Shown: in pieces, positions 9,265 through 18,760 of the stretch
Layout: every line of letters begins with the position of its first letter
How positions within the stretch are numbered: position 1 is the first letter of the stretch
From: Fastidiosibacter lacustris
GTDB taxonomy: Bacteria; Pseudomonadota; Gammaproteobacteria; Francisellales; Francisellaceae
DNA length: 32,000 bases
Direction: 5' to 3'
Assembly: GCF_003428155.1 (NCBI RefSeq)
Contig: NZ_QLIR01000008.1
Span: 54,568-86,567 of the forward strand
Notes under the pieces: model-generated
The model's input: the letters and a program-made list of their open reading frames with translations, nothing else
What the model was told of the DNA's origin: nothing
Databases searched by the model: none
Position numbers and translations under genes: made by a program

Positions 9265-11046
9265 CTATGTTTTTCGTATTTTGTGCAAAATATTTTGCAT
9301 TCTTTGTTTTTCTGTCGCTGTTAAGATAGAAGTCTTTGCTTTTAATATCAGGTGTTCTAATTCATTTTGACATGCCTGCTTAATAATTTTATCTAACATC
9401 GCCACTAACTCATCAATCAACTGTGGTGCCTGAAGCTCAATCGGCAATTGCAGCAACTGATAAAAATAAGCTCGAAATTGCTCATATTTTTCAGATAACA
9501 TTTGTACCAGCAGCGCAGAAGACAGCCCGTTATTTTGCCTGATTATTTTCAAAGCATCAAGTAAAATAAAATGCTGCTCCGTAACACATTCAAACTCTAT
9601 TTCTTCTTTGCCTTGAAATGCTATATGCACTTCACTTGGCATATTGATGACGAAACTTAAAGCTTTTTCGATCAAGCTTAGCTTGTTAGTATTGAGCACC
9701 CAACGCTTCATACGCTCATTATTTAGCATTTTTTTATCACTGTTTTTTTGTGCAATCATCCGTTTAAGCTGAAGAACTGAAGTATCCACCGCCTTTGCTA
9801 ACTGTTGAATGATTATCTCAGTGTACGCACTTTCGGGTACATTTTTTAATATCTGCTTTAGCTCTTCGATCAACTCTGCCAAACTATCTGCACTCGACAA
9901 AGTGTATTTAGCAAGCAAGTATTGAATAAAAAAATCTGCTGCTGGAGTTGCTTCAAGCACTTCTTGTTTAAATAATTCTAGTCCAACGGCTTGAATATAT
10001 GAATCAGGATCATGCTCTTGAGGCAAAGTTAGAAAACGCGCTTTTTTGTTTTGACTTAAAAATGGTAACACCATCTCAAATGCACGTAGTGCTGCATTTT
10101 GCCCAGCAGCATCACCATCAAAACACAGTATAATTTGTTCTGTGGTACGAAACAAAAGCTTAACGTGGGTCTGAGAAAGTGCAGTTCCTAAGGTTGCTAC
10201 GGCAAATGGATAACCATGCTGATACAATCCTACCACGTCCATATAACCCTCAACTACTACAACTTGATCTGGATTTTTATATTGAAGTTTCAACTCATAT
10301 AGACCATAAAGCTCTTGGTTTTTAAAAAAGACTGGCGTTTCTGGTGAATTCAAGTATTTGGGCTTTGCATCTTTATTGGGTAACACGCGTCCACCAAAAC
10401 CAATTATTTGACCTTTGCGATTACGAATTGGAAAAATAACTCGATCACGAAAGCGATCATATGCCCCCCCTTTTTCCCTACTTACGATAAGCCCTGCTTG
10501 ATAAAGCACATCTAATGAATACTGTTTGACTAGGAGATCATAAAGACTTTGCCACTTATCTGGTGCATAGCCTATCTGAAAATGTTGCGCTGTTTTTGCA
10601 TTAATCCCGCGAGATTTAATATAATCAATAACTTCTGTTTTATTTCTATCGTAACGCAAACACCAACGATAATATTTACTTGCCGCTACCAAAGCTTCAT
10701 AAATTTTGTTGGTTACATCAGTTTTTTGTCCGTGTCTATTTGTTGCTTCATAAGGCACCTCCAAATTCTGTAAAGCTGCAAGCTCCTCAATCGCTTCTAC
10801 AAAACTCAAACCATTATAGTTAGATAAAAAATCGATCACATCACCTGAGGCATGACAACCAAAGCAATGGTAAATTTGCTTATCAGGACTGACCGAAAAA
10901 GAGGGAGTTTTTTCATGATGAAATGGACAACAGCCCATGTAGCTTTTGCCTGTTTTCTTTAGCGTTGTATATTTTGCAATGAGTTCAACAATATTATTTG
11001 CCGCTACTACTTGGTGTACAAAATCAGCGGGAATGTTCCCTTTCAT
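9265..11046 (-). CDS. dnaG: DNA primase DnaG
   Basis: Zinc-ribbon CCPFHHEKTPSFSVSPDKQIYHCFGC is present. TOPRIM motifs VVVEGYMDV and CFDGDAAG are present. A C-terminal helicase-interaction region follows. ATG at 11046 is preferred over the GTG at 11052. Confidence 0.93.
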   Translation of the reverse strand: MKGNIPADFVHQVVAANNIVELIAKYTTLKKTGKSYMGCCPFHHEKTPSFSVSPDKQIYHCFGCHASGDVIDFLSNYNGLSFVEAIEELAALQNLEVPYEATNRHGQKTDVTNKIYEALVAASKYYRWCLRYDRNKTEVIDYIKSRGINAKTAQHFQIGYAPDKWQSLYDLLVKQYSLDVLYQAGLIVSREKGGAYDRFRDRVIFPIRNRKGQIIGFGGRVLPNKDAKPKYLNSPETPVFFKNQELYGLYELKLQYKNPDQVVVVEGYMDVVGLYQHGYPFAVATLGTALSQTHVKLLFRTTEQIILCFDGDAAGQNAALRAFEMVLPFLSQNKKARFLTLPQEHDPDSYIQAVGLELFKQEVLEATPAADFFIQYLLAKYTLSSADSLAELIEELKQILKNVPESAYTEIIIQQLAKAVDTSVLQLKRMIAQKNSDKKMLNNERMKRWVLNTNKLSLIEKALSFVINMPSEVHIAFQGKEEIEFECVTEQHFILLDALKIIRQNNGLSSALLVQMLSEKYEQFRAYFYQLLQLPIELQAPQLIDELVAMLDKIIKQACQNELEHLILKAKTSILTATEKQRMQNILHKIRKT

Positions 11047-11055
11047 TAGCACTCA

Positions 11056-11502
11056 CTAGGATAATTGTGATTTGATCATTGAGCCAACTTTACCCATATC
11101 TGCTCGACCATTAAGCTCAGCCTTAATTGCACTCATAATTTTACCCATATCTTTGATAGATGATGCCCCTACTTCTAAAATAGCACGCTGAATAATCTCA
11201 ATTATCTCATTCTCAGACAAAGCTTTAGGTAAATAGTCTTGCAAGATTTCTATCTCTTCTAGTTCCTTTTGTGCAAGCTCATCACGCCCCGCTCTTTTAA
11301 ATTGCTCAGCAGATTCTTTGCGCTGCTTAATCATTTTACTCAAAATACTAATGATATCACTTTCTATTATTTCCACACGCTCATCAATTTCTTTTTGTTT
11401 AAATGCAGCTAGTGCCATACGAATTGTTGCCAGGCGATTCTTATCTTTATTCTTCATGGAGCTTTTCATATCTTCAATTAAGCGTGCTCGTATCTCAGAC
11501 AT
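11056..11502 (-). CDS. yqeY: GatB/YqeY domain-containing protein
   Basis: 148 aa. The sequence MSEIRARLIEDMKSSMKNKDKNRLATIRMALAAFKQKEID...DMGKVGSMIKSQL is typical of YqeY. It sits between rpsU and dnaG, as in many gammaproteobacteria. Confidence 0.85.
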   Translation of the reverse strand: MSEIRARLIEDMKSSMKNKDKNRLATIRMALAAFKQKEIDERVEIIESDIISILSKMIKQRKESAEQFKRAGRDELAQKELEEIEILQDYLPKALSENEIIEIIQRAILEVGASSIKDMGKIMSAIKAELNGRADMGKVGSMIKSQLS

Positions 11503-11662
11503 TTAATAAATCCTAAGGTTATGCTTGAAAATTTTGTTAAAAAATAACTTTTGATTTTTATGCTTGTATTGTCAACTATATTCCTGCACATTGCAACCAC
11601 ACAGCACAAACTTACTAAAATTTACCCATTTTCTTAGTAAATTAAAGTCTCTATAAATGGAT

Positions 11663-11694
11663 CAGCCACCTATACTCAAAAGCATAGATGGCTG
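11663..11694 (-). terminator. Stem-loop 20 nt after the rpsU stop, possibly an internal attenuator of the rpsU-dnaG-rpoD operon
   Basis: The minus-strand RNA is CAGCCAUCUAU-GCUUUUGAGU-AUAGGUGGCUG. It forms an 11-bp stem, including one G-U pair, with a 10-nt loop. No clean U-tract follows, so it may be a partial terminator or a processing site. Confidence 0.4.
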
Positions 11695-11713
11695 TGTATT
11701 CTTTGCGTACTAT

Positions 11714-11926
11714 CTAGCGACGGTGTGCAGCTGGATTTGAACGCATTGATTGCTTCATAGAGCGCTTAACAGCAGCGGCTTTTTTGCGCTTGCGCTCCCA
11801 TGTTGGCTTTTCATAGAACTCTCTACGGCGGAGTTCAGAAACAACTCCTGCTTTTTCACAACTACGCTTAAAACGGCGTAATGCTACATCAAACGGTTCA
11901 GTTTCTCTAACACGTACTGCTGGCAT
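11714..11926 (-). CDS. rpsU: 30S ribosomal protein S21
   Basis: [55 protein letters not shown] is canonical S21. GAGGTGA lies upstream of the ATG at 11926. The track start at 11962 is an extension. Confidence 0.95.
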   Translation of the reverse strand: MPAVRVRETEPFDVALRRFKRSCEKAGVVSELRRREFYEKPTWERKRKKAAAVKRSMKQSMRSNPAAHRR

Positions 11927-12125
11927 ACTTCTCACCTCACTTAAATGCCATGTATTACTCATGTGACCAAAATTCTTTATTTATCATAAAATCAGACGAA
12001 TTTATAGCGGCACAATTCTACAATACTCATTCTTAAGATGCAAGGAAATAATGCCTCCTAACGTTTACTTCCAAAGCCAAATACGCTAATGTTGCTACTA
12101 ATTTAAATTAATATCCCCCAGTTTT

Positions 12126-12956
12126 ATGATCCACTGGTTTCCAGGGCACATGCACAAAGCCACAAAAGAGCTTAAAAAGCTTATGCCGCAAATTGACATC
12201 GCAATTGAAGTTATCGATGCGCGCGCACCAGAGGCAAGCGCTAATCCTGCTTTACATGAAGTTGCTAAAGGCAAACCTATTGTTAAAGTTTTATCTAAGC
12301 AAGACCTAGCTGACCCGATTATTACAAATCAATGGCTTAAATTTTACAATGGTAAGGCATTGAGCTTGGATATTGCTCATAATAAAAATAGCGCGCAAAG
12401 AATCATTGAAATCTGTAAACATGAGCTGCCTCATCGTGGAACAGTTTTGAAACCTATACGTGCAGTTATCCTTGGAATCCCTAACGTTGGTAAATCAACT
12501 TTAATTAACACATTGGCTAAGCGTAAAATTGCTAAAACAGGTAATGAACCTGCAGTAACCAAACAGCAGCAAAAAATTGAAATTGAAAAATATTTTTATT
12601 TAAACGATACTCCAGGCATTATGTTTCCCAGTCCTAAAGATGAAGGTTGTGGTTATAAGCTTGCTGCCATTGGCTCTATTCGTGACACTGCAATGGATTA
12701 TCCGTTAACTGCTTATTTCTTACTTGAGCTTTTAAAAGAAGATTATCCCAAGCTTCTTGCAGATAGATTCAAACTTGAAACGATTCACGCAGATAGCGAG
12801 ATGCTTTTATTAGAGATTGGTAAGCTCATTGGTCAACAAAATAACCACCACCATATTGCAGAGAAAATTATTCAAGACTTTCGTCAAGGACGCATTGGAC
12901 GCATCTCATTAGAGACCCCAGAAAACTATTTAAAATATAGAAGTGAAGTACAATGA
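12126..12956 (+). CDS. rbgA: Ribosome biogenesis GTPase A (YlqF/RbgA), circularly permuted GTPase
   Basis: N-terminus is MIHWFPGHMHKATKEL. The G-motifs are in permuted order: G4-like SKQDL, then G1 GIPNVGKST, then G3 DTPG. Confidence 0.85.
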   Translation: MIHWFPGHMHKATKELKKLMPQIDIAIEVIDARAPEASANPALHEVAKGKPIVKVLSKQDLADPIITNQWLKFYNGKALSLDIAHNKNSAQRIIEICKHELPHRGTVLKPIRAVILGIPNVGKSTLINTLAKRKIAKTGNEPAVTKQQQKIEIEKYFYLNDTPGIMFPSPKDEGCGYKLAAIGSIRDTAMDYPLTAYFLLELLKEDYPKLLADRFKLETIHADSEMLLLEIGKLIGQQNNHHHIAEKIIQDFRQGRIGRISLETPENYLKYRSEVQ

Positions 12957-12965
12957 AGCAAAAAT

Positions 12966-13931
12966 CTACTTCTTAACAATCGAAGCTTCACCTGATGCAA
13001 ATGTTTTTATTTGCTTTTGATCACAGCAAAGCTGTAATTGACCCAGCTCATTTACTCCTTGTGCTATCCCGGTAACAAACATGTTATTGGGAAGGCTCAA
13101 TGTTATCTCCTTATCTGTTAAATAATCAAAGTGATGATAATTCTCTATGAAAGATATAAATCCTGATGCTTCAAATTTTTTGAGTGTGATAATGACATCA
13201 TTAGCAAGATTAATCGCTAAAATGTTGCGATCAACATATTGACCCAAGACTTCTTGTAAAGAAACCCAAGGCTGGCTAATGTTTAGGTTGAAAGACATAT
13301 TCACATTAATGCCAATCCCAATAATGATCTGACTTTGGGCGTTTGATTCCGCTTTAACTTCAACTAAAATGCCAGAAAGTTTCTTCTCATTCAGATATAT
13401 ATCATTCGGCCATTTGATTTTGATATCAAGCTCAGTAAAAAGTGAACTTAACACTTTTGCTACACATACCGCAAGTGCTAAAGAAAGTCCCGATAGTTCT
13501 CCGATTTCTTTAGCAAGCGTAGTCTTTAACGAAAAATATAAATTCTCTGCAAAAGGTGAAATCCACGTTCGATTAAATCGACCTTTACCTTTTTTTTGAT
13601 ACTCAGCCAGACAAATGTGATATGGACATATTGATTCATTGTTTTGTAAATAATCATTCGTTGAATCAACGCTTACCAAACAGTCTAATTGCACATTACT
13701 ATGTTGAATGTGTTCTAAAATACGTTTTTGATCTAGCAATATAAGTGGTTGTATTAACTTATAGCCATGCGCCTTGTTTGACTCAATTGCAATATGGTAC
13801 TCATCTTGTAATTTCTGAATATTTTTCCACACGGCTGCGCGTGTAATATTAAGCTTATTACCGATGGTTGTTCCATCGGTATAATTTTCACAGTTAAGTT
13901 GCTTTAAAATATTTAACAAAGTGATATTCAC
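12966..13931 (-). CDS. birA: Bifunctional biotin-[acetyl-CoA-carboxylase] ligase / biotin operon repressor BirA
   Basis: 321 aa. An N-terminal winged-HTH (IGNKLNITRAAVWKNIQKLQDEY) is present. The biotin-binding loop KGKGRFNRTWISP corresponds to the GRGRxGRxWxSP motif. KWPNDIY is also present. Confidence 0.88.
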   Translation of the reverse strand: MNITLLNILKQLNCENYTDGTTIGNKLNITRAAVWKNIQKLQDEYHIAIESNKAHGYKLIQPLILLDQKRILEHIQHSNVQLDCLVSVDSTNDYLQNNESICPYHICLAEYQKKGKGRFNRTWISPFAENLYFSLKTTLAKEIGELSGLSLALAVCVAKVLSSLFTELDIKIKWPNDIYLNEKKLSGILVEVKAESNAQSQIIIGIGINVNMSFNLNISQPWVSLQEVLGQYVDRNILAINLANDVIITLKKFEASGFISFIENYHHFDYLTDKEITLSLPNNMFVTGIAQGVNELGQLQLCCDQKQIKTFASGEASIVKK

Positions 13932-14074
13932 AATCCTGCTTTACTGGTTATAGTAAATAATTTTTTTAGTATACTACAGACCACACAGCCTTTGTTGCAG
14001 ATTATACTTGCTATTTATTTTTTTATGCTCAAGATAACAAATTTAAGCTCAACTGACCTTCTAAATTAAAAATC

Positions 14075-15469
14075 ATGCAACAAAACAAAGCACTCAACGT
14101 GCCAAAACTTACCTTAATGAATATTACTGCAATTATTAGTTTAAGCTCAATTGCTTTCATGGCAACTATTGGCTTACCTTCCATCTTTTTTTATGCAATT
14201 GCAGCTATATTTTTTCTCGTACCAACTGCTTTAGTTTCTGCTGAGTTAGGCGGGATGCTAACCAAAGACAACGGTGGAGTATACACATGGGTGAAGCGCG
14301 CTTTTGGAGCAAAAATAGGACTCATTGCAATTTGGATGGGATGGTTTAACAATGTGATCAGCTTCCCTGCAACTCTTTCTGCAATTGTAGCTACTATTGC
14401 TTATATGGGGTTTGATAGCCTGCAAACCAATAAATTAACACTTTTTGTCACTATGCTTGCTATTTTCTGGCTTGTTACCTTTTTCAATTTTTTACCCATA
14501 AAAAGGATTGTCATTTTAAATGTAGTCGGTGCACTTTTTGGTATGATTTTGCCTGGGATACTACTTTTAGCTGGTGCAATTTACATGCTCGTAATTGGAG
14601 AGCACCAGGTTAATTTGACTCATTTTGAAAATTGGTTGCCTAGCATGTCATTTTTAACTTTTGCTCTTTTTGTTAAAACATTGGCAAGCTATTCTGGTAT
14701 TCAAGCTACTTGTTTTCATATTCGAAATGTAGTCAACCCTAAAAAAAATATTCCTAAAGCAATGATTTTTTCTATCGTTATTATTGTTTTATTGTCATCT
14801 ATATCCACTATAGCACTTGTTATTACTATTCCAAATAACAGTATTAATCCGATGAATGGTTTAATTCAAGGAATTACAAACGTACTAAATCTAGTTGGAC
14901 TTGATAGATTTAGGGGGCTGATCGCATTTTTAATTGTTGTTGGGATGATCTCTGCTCTAAGCACTTGGATGCTCGGTCCTGCGCGTGCTATGCAAGAGGT
15001 AGCACAACAAAATTTACTTCCACCAGCATTCTCTAAACTCAATAGCAATCACATGCCGGTCAATGTGCTCCTAACTCAAGGAGTTATAAGCAGCCTACTT
15101 TCTTTTGTATTTTTATTTATGCCAACTATCCAGGCTGCTTTTGCAATGCTTGTTGCTTTGACTTCACAGTTTACGGCTTTTATGTGGATTTTAATTTTTG
15201 CTGCTGCAATTCGCTTACGTTACAAAGAACCTAACACGCAACGCATGTTCCGGATTGGAAGACAAAACAATAACTTAATACTTATTGTTGTTTGTCTATC
15301 AGGAATAGTTGCTTGCTGTTGTGGCATATTCTTAGGTATCTTTCCACCTGCTTTCTCTCGTATAGAAAACCTTTTTGCTTATGCTGGGGTTATTGTTTTT
15401 GCTGATATTGTGATTATTCTCATTCCCTTTATTTGGATCTACTTTCGCAAAGCACAATTACAATTCTAA
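14075..15469 (+). CDS. Amino acid permease, APC superfamily
   Basis: 464 aa and highly hydrophobic, with about 12 predicted helices. The APC-type N-terminal segment is SAELGGMLTKDNGGVYTWVKRAFG. Substrate cannot be determined by eye. Confidence 0.75.
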   Translation: MQQNKALNVPKLTLMNITAIISLSSIAFMATIGLPSIFFYAIAAIFFLVPTALVSAELGGMLTKDNGGVYTWVKRAFGAKIGLIAIWMGWFNNVISFPATLSAIVATIAYMGFDSLQTNKLTLFVTMLAIFWLVTFFNFLPIKRIVILNVVGALFGMILPGILLLAGAIYMLVIGEHQVNLTHFENWLPSMSFLTFALFVKTLASYSGIQATCFHIRNVVNPKKNIPKAMIFSIVIIVLLSSISTIALVITIPNNSINPMNGLIQGITNVLNLVGLDRFRGLIAFLIVVGMISALSTWMLGPARAMQEVAQQNLLPPAFSKLNSNHMPVNVLLTQGVISSLLSFVFLFMPTIQAAFAMLVALTSQFTAFMWILIFAAAIRLRYKEPNTQRMFRIGRQNNNLILIVVCLSGIVACCCGIFLGIFPPAFSRIENLFAYAGVIVFADIVIILIPFIWIYFRKAQLQF

Positions 15470-15539
15470 CCTTGCATTTTATTTTTCTTTTAATATATTG
15501 TTTTTTTGTTTATACAAAATATTGTAAAAAGGAGAGAGA

Positions 15540-16784
15540 ATGACTAGTAAAAAATTAACTCGTAACATTTTAATTGGTATGTTTTTAGGTGCTATTTTTG
15601 GCTTAATTCTACATCCATTTTCAAATACGGACTGGCTAGATACTTATATGACCAATGGAATATTACAGCTTATTGGTTCAATTTTTATCACTTTGATGAA
15701 GATGCTTGTTGTGCCTTTAGTACTGGTTTCTATTGTCTGTGGTGCAAGCAATGTTTCTGAACCTAAAAGCTTAGGGAGAATTGGTGGCAAGACCATTATA
15801 ATTTATATTATCACTACAGCGATTGCAGTTACATTAGCTATATCAATCTCGCTTTTATTCAAAATCGGTTCAGGAGCTAACATTTCAACCGAAAACTTAA
15901 GCTTCACTGTTGCTGCACCTCAAAGCTTTATGCAAACGATTTTAAGTTTATTTACTGCTAACCCAGTAGATTCGCTTGCTCAAGGTCATATGCTGCAAAT
16001 TATTGTGTTTGCACTACTATTGGGAATAGCAATTAATTTTGCGGGAGAGTCAGGGCAACGCATTAAAAACTGGTTTGATGATTTAAACGATGTGATCTTG
16101 TCTTTGGTGAGCATTATTATCATGCTTACACCATATGGTGTGTTTGCACTTATTGCAAAGCTTGTTATCACTACGGAGTTAAATAAATTTGTATATGTAC
16201 TAGGGTATTTTCTTACCGTTTTACTAGTTTTAGTTATTCATTTATTTATCACAAATGGCATACTTATAGCTGTTTTTGCACGGTTAAATCCTGCCACCTT
16301 TTTTAAAAAAATGTTACCTGTACAATTATTTGCATTTTCAACTGCAAGCAGTAATGCAACTTTACCTGTTACACTTAAAACAGCCGAAAAAAGCATTGGT
16401 ATTGATAATAAGGTGGCAGGTTTCACTATTCCATTAGGAGCCACCATTAACATGGATGGAACTGCTATAATGCAAGGCGTTGCAACCGTTTTTATAGCCC
16501 ATGTTTACAATATTGAGCTAAGCCTTTTTTCCTATCTTATTGTAATTATCACCGCAACATTAAGTTCAATTGGTACAGCAGGTGTGCCTGGAATTGGTTT
16601 AATTACTTTGACTCTGGTCCTCACTCAGGTTGGTCTACCTATAGAGGGTATTGCACTTATTATCGGAATTGATCGTATTTTAGATATGGTTAGAACAGCG
16701 GTAAACGTAACAGGGGATGTATCTGTCACTACCGTTGTTGCTAAAACCGAAAAACAATTGGATGAATCTATATATAACAGTTAA
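15540..16784 (+). CDS. Dicarboxylate/amino acid:cation symporter (DAACS family)
   Basis: 414 aa. Family motifs are present: FSTASSNATLPVT, TINMDGTA and DRILDMVRTAVNVTGD. A strong SD (AAGGAGAGAGA) directly precedes the ATG. Confidence 0.85.
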   Translation: MTSKKLTRNILIGMFLGAIFGLILHPFSNTDWLDTYMTNGILQLIGSIFITLMKMLVVPLVLVSIVCGASNVSEPKSLGRIGGKTIIIYIITTAIAVTLAISISLLFKIGSGANISTENLSFTVAAPQSFMQTILSLFTANPVDSLAQGHMLQIIVFALLLGIAINFAGESGQRIKNWFDDLNDVILSLVSIIIMLTPYGVFALIAKLVITTELNKFVYVLGYFLTVLLVLVIHLFITNGILIAVFARLNPATFFKKMLPVQLFAFSTASSNATLPVTLKTAEKSIGIDNKVAGFTIPLGATINMDGTAIMQGVATVFIAHVYNIELSLFSYLIVIITATLSSIGTAGVPGIGLITLTLVLTQVGLPIEGIALIIGIDRILDMVRTAVNVTGDVSVTTVVAKTEKQLDESIYNS

Positions 16785-16795
16785 ATATTTCACTG

Positions 16796-18307
16796 TTATT
16801 GAATCCTTTCCACAATCTTCATTTTCCACTCTTTTGGTCCTGTTTCGTGAACGGAAGTACCTTTGCTATCCACTGCCACCATAACGGGCATATCTTCAAC
16901 TTCAAACTCATAAATTGCTTCCATTCCCAAATCTTCAAATCCAACCACTTTTGCTTTGCGTATTGATTTAGAAATCAAATATGCAGCCCCCCCCACTGCC
17001 ATAAGATAGACTGCTTTGTGCTTTTTAATTGAGTCAATCGTTGCTTGACCACGCTCAGCCTTACCAACCATACCAGCAATGCCAAGTCTACTTAGCATAA
17101 AATCCGTAAACTTATCCATTCGAGTTGCAGTTGTGGGTCCAGCAGGTCCCACTACCTCATTACCAACTGGATCAACAGGTCCTACATAATAAATAAATTT
17201 TCCTTTTAAATCTACAGGCAGAGTCTGACCACTTGTTACCATATCAACAATTCTTTTATGCGCTGCATCACGCCCTGTTAATAACTTACCATTAAGTAAT
17301 AAAGTTTCGCCTGGTTGAAAATTTTCAATTTCGGCTTGCGTTATCGTATTTAAATTCACTCTTTTTACTTGTGAGTTATCCGTTTCTGTAATTTCAGGCC
17401 AATCATCTAAGTTTGGCACCGGGAGCTTTACAACCCCTGAACCATCTAAAGTAAAATGTACATGTCTTGTTGCTGCACAGTTAGGGATAAGCGCCACAGG
17501 TTTACACGCAGCATGCGTTGGGTATTCATGAATTTTTACATCTAAAACAGTTGTTAAACCACCTAAGCCTTGCGCACCAATACCTAGCTCATTAATTCGA
17601 TGATATAACTCAGCGCGTAATTTTTCTATTTCTGTTTGTGGACCACGCGCAAGAATATCAAGCATATTGATCTCTTCACCAAGCGCTTCTTTTGCCAATA
17701 ACATCGCTTTTTCTGCGGTACCACCAATACCAATTCCAATAATCCCAGGTGGACACCAGCCAGCCCCCATAGTTGGGAGCATTTCTAAGACCCAATCAAC
17801 AATACTATCACTTGGATTTAATACTTTAAATTTTGACTTAAATTCAGACCCACCGCCTTTAGCAGCAAGCTCAATTTCAACCTTACAGCCATGCACAATA
17901 TCAATATGGACAATTGCAGGAGTATTATCTTTTGTATTTTTGCGCGCACCATGTGGTGGGCTTACCATTGATGCGCGAAGCGGATTATCCTCGTTTAAAT
18001 ATGCTCGACGCACACCTTCATTGATAAGTTCTGTTATCGTTCTATCCGTACAATCAAACTTTGCATCCATACCAACTTTAACGAACGCACATACCATCCC
18101 TGTATCCTGGCAAATTGGTCTATGCCCATAAGCTGCCATACGTGAATTTATTAAGATTTGTGCAATTGCATCTTTTGCTGGCTTTGATTCTTCATGTTGA
18201 TAAGCACAATACATTGCCTGCACAAAATCCTTTGGATGATAATATGAGATAAATTGCAGCGCGTCTGCAACACTTTGGATGAAATCCTCTACTTTAATAA
18301 CTGCCAT
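16796..18307 (-). CDS. fumA: Fumarate hydratase, class I (Fe-S dependent, single-chain)
   Basis: 503 aa. The N-terminal catalytic domain contains RPICQDTGMV. The C-terminal domain contains GPAGPTTATRMD and KAERG, typical of class I fumarate/tartrate hydratases. Confidence 0.9.
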   Translation of the reverse strand: MAVIKVEDFIQSVADALQFISYYHPKDFVQAMYCAYQHEESKPAKDAIAQILINSRMAAYGHRPICQDTGMVCAFVKVGMDAKFDCTDRTITELINEGVRRAYLNEDNPLRASMVSPPHGARKNTKDNTPAIVHIDIVHGCKVEIELAAKGGGSEFKSKFKVLNPSDSIVDWVLEMLPTMGAGWCPPGIIGIGIGGTAEKAMLLAKEALGEEINMLDILARGPQTEIEKLRAELYHRINELGIGAQGLGGLTTVLDVKIHEYPTHAACKPVALIPNCAATRHVHFTLDGSGVVKLPVPNLDDWPEITETDNSQVKRVNLNTITQAEIENFQPGETLLLNGKLLTGRDAAHKRIVDMVTSGQTLPVDLKGKFIYYVGPVDPVGNEVVGPAGPTTATRMDKFTDFMLSRLGIAGMVGKAERGQATIDSIKKHKAVYLMAVGGAAYLISKSIRKAKVVGFEDLGMEAIYEFEVEDMPVMVAVDSKGTSVHETGPKEWKMKIVERIQ

Positions 18308-18421
18308 ATCTTTGACTCTTGCTTGTTTAACTTCGTTAAATATTCTAACAGTTATTACTACTCAGTGCGAGAATCTAACAATTTAATGGCGAGGTAATTT
18401 TAATGGTATTTGGAGGTATAA

Positions 18422-18760
18422 TCAAAAAGCACCTTTTATCCACTCAAGTTGCCCTGCTGTAATACCAATAACATCAAACCGACACTCATAGCTTTGATAT
18501 TGTTGATAACGCTGCAAGAAAACTTCTGCTGTTTTACGAATCTTGTTTTGCTTTGTATACGTAACCATTTCAAGCGCACCTCCAAAGCCAGCACCCTTTC
18601 TGATTTTAACTTCTATGAATAGCAAAGTTTCATCCATTAACCCAATAAGATCAATTTCACCTAACGGAGTAAAAAAATTCTGAATAATCAATGTAAACCC
18701 TTGCTGCTCCAAGTATTTCAACGCTGTACCTTCTGCCCTACCACCAATTTCACGACTCAT
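18422..18760 (-). CDS. yraN: YraN family (UPF0102) endonuclease-like protein
   Basis: 112 aa. GEIDLIG...LLFIEVKIR matches the D-x(n)-E-V-K PD-(D/E)xK-like core typical of YraN. Its start codon abuts the prlC stop (TGAATG). Confidence 0.8.
   Translation of the reverse strand: MSREIGGRAEGTALKYLEQQGFTLIIQNFFTPLGEIDLIGLMDETLLFIEVKIRKGAGFGGALEMVTYTKQNKIRKTAEVFLQRYQQYQSYECRFDVIGITAGQLEWIKGAF

Noticed and set aside
13932-14074. A possible BirA-type operator dyad in the birA upstream region (ctggttatagta...agtatactacag).
   Set aside because: The two arms match poorly when reverse-complemented, and no bio genes are nearby. This is not supportable as an operator.
17667-18131. A 154-aa plus-strand ORF inside the fumarase gene. 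Similar antisense or out-of-frame ORFs occur at 307..495, 925..1236, 1420..1635, 2066..2287, 2708..2935, 3341..3613, 4373..4564, 4913..5360, 7163..7372, 7487..7732, 8439..9052, 10549..10773, 11318..11506, 13369..13599, 14866..15048, 15986..16453, 18781..19044, 20362..20568, 21251..21460, 21740..21955, 22203..22385, 22819..23112, 23855..24040, 25242..25427, 25820..26035, 27816..28001, 28480..28680, 29430..29630 and 31606..31791.
   Set aside because: All are fully embedded in, or antisense to, strongly supported conserved genes. They have low-complexity or odd composition and no RBS that I could see. They are typical shadow ORFs.
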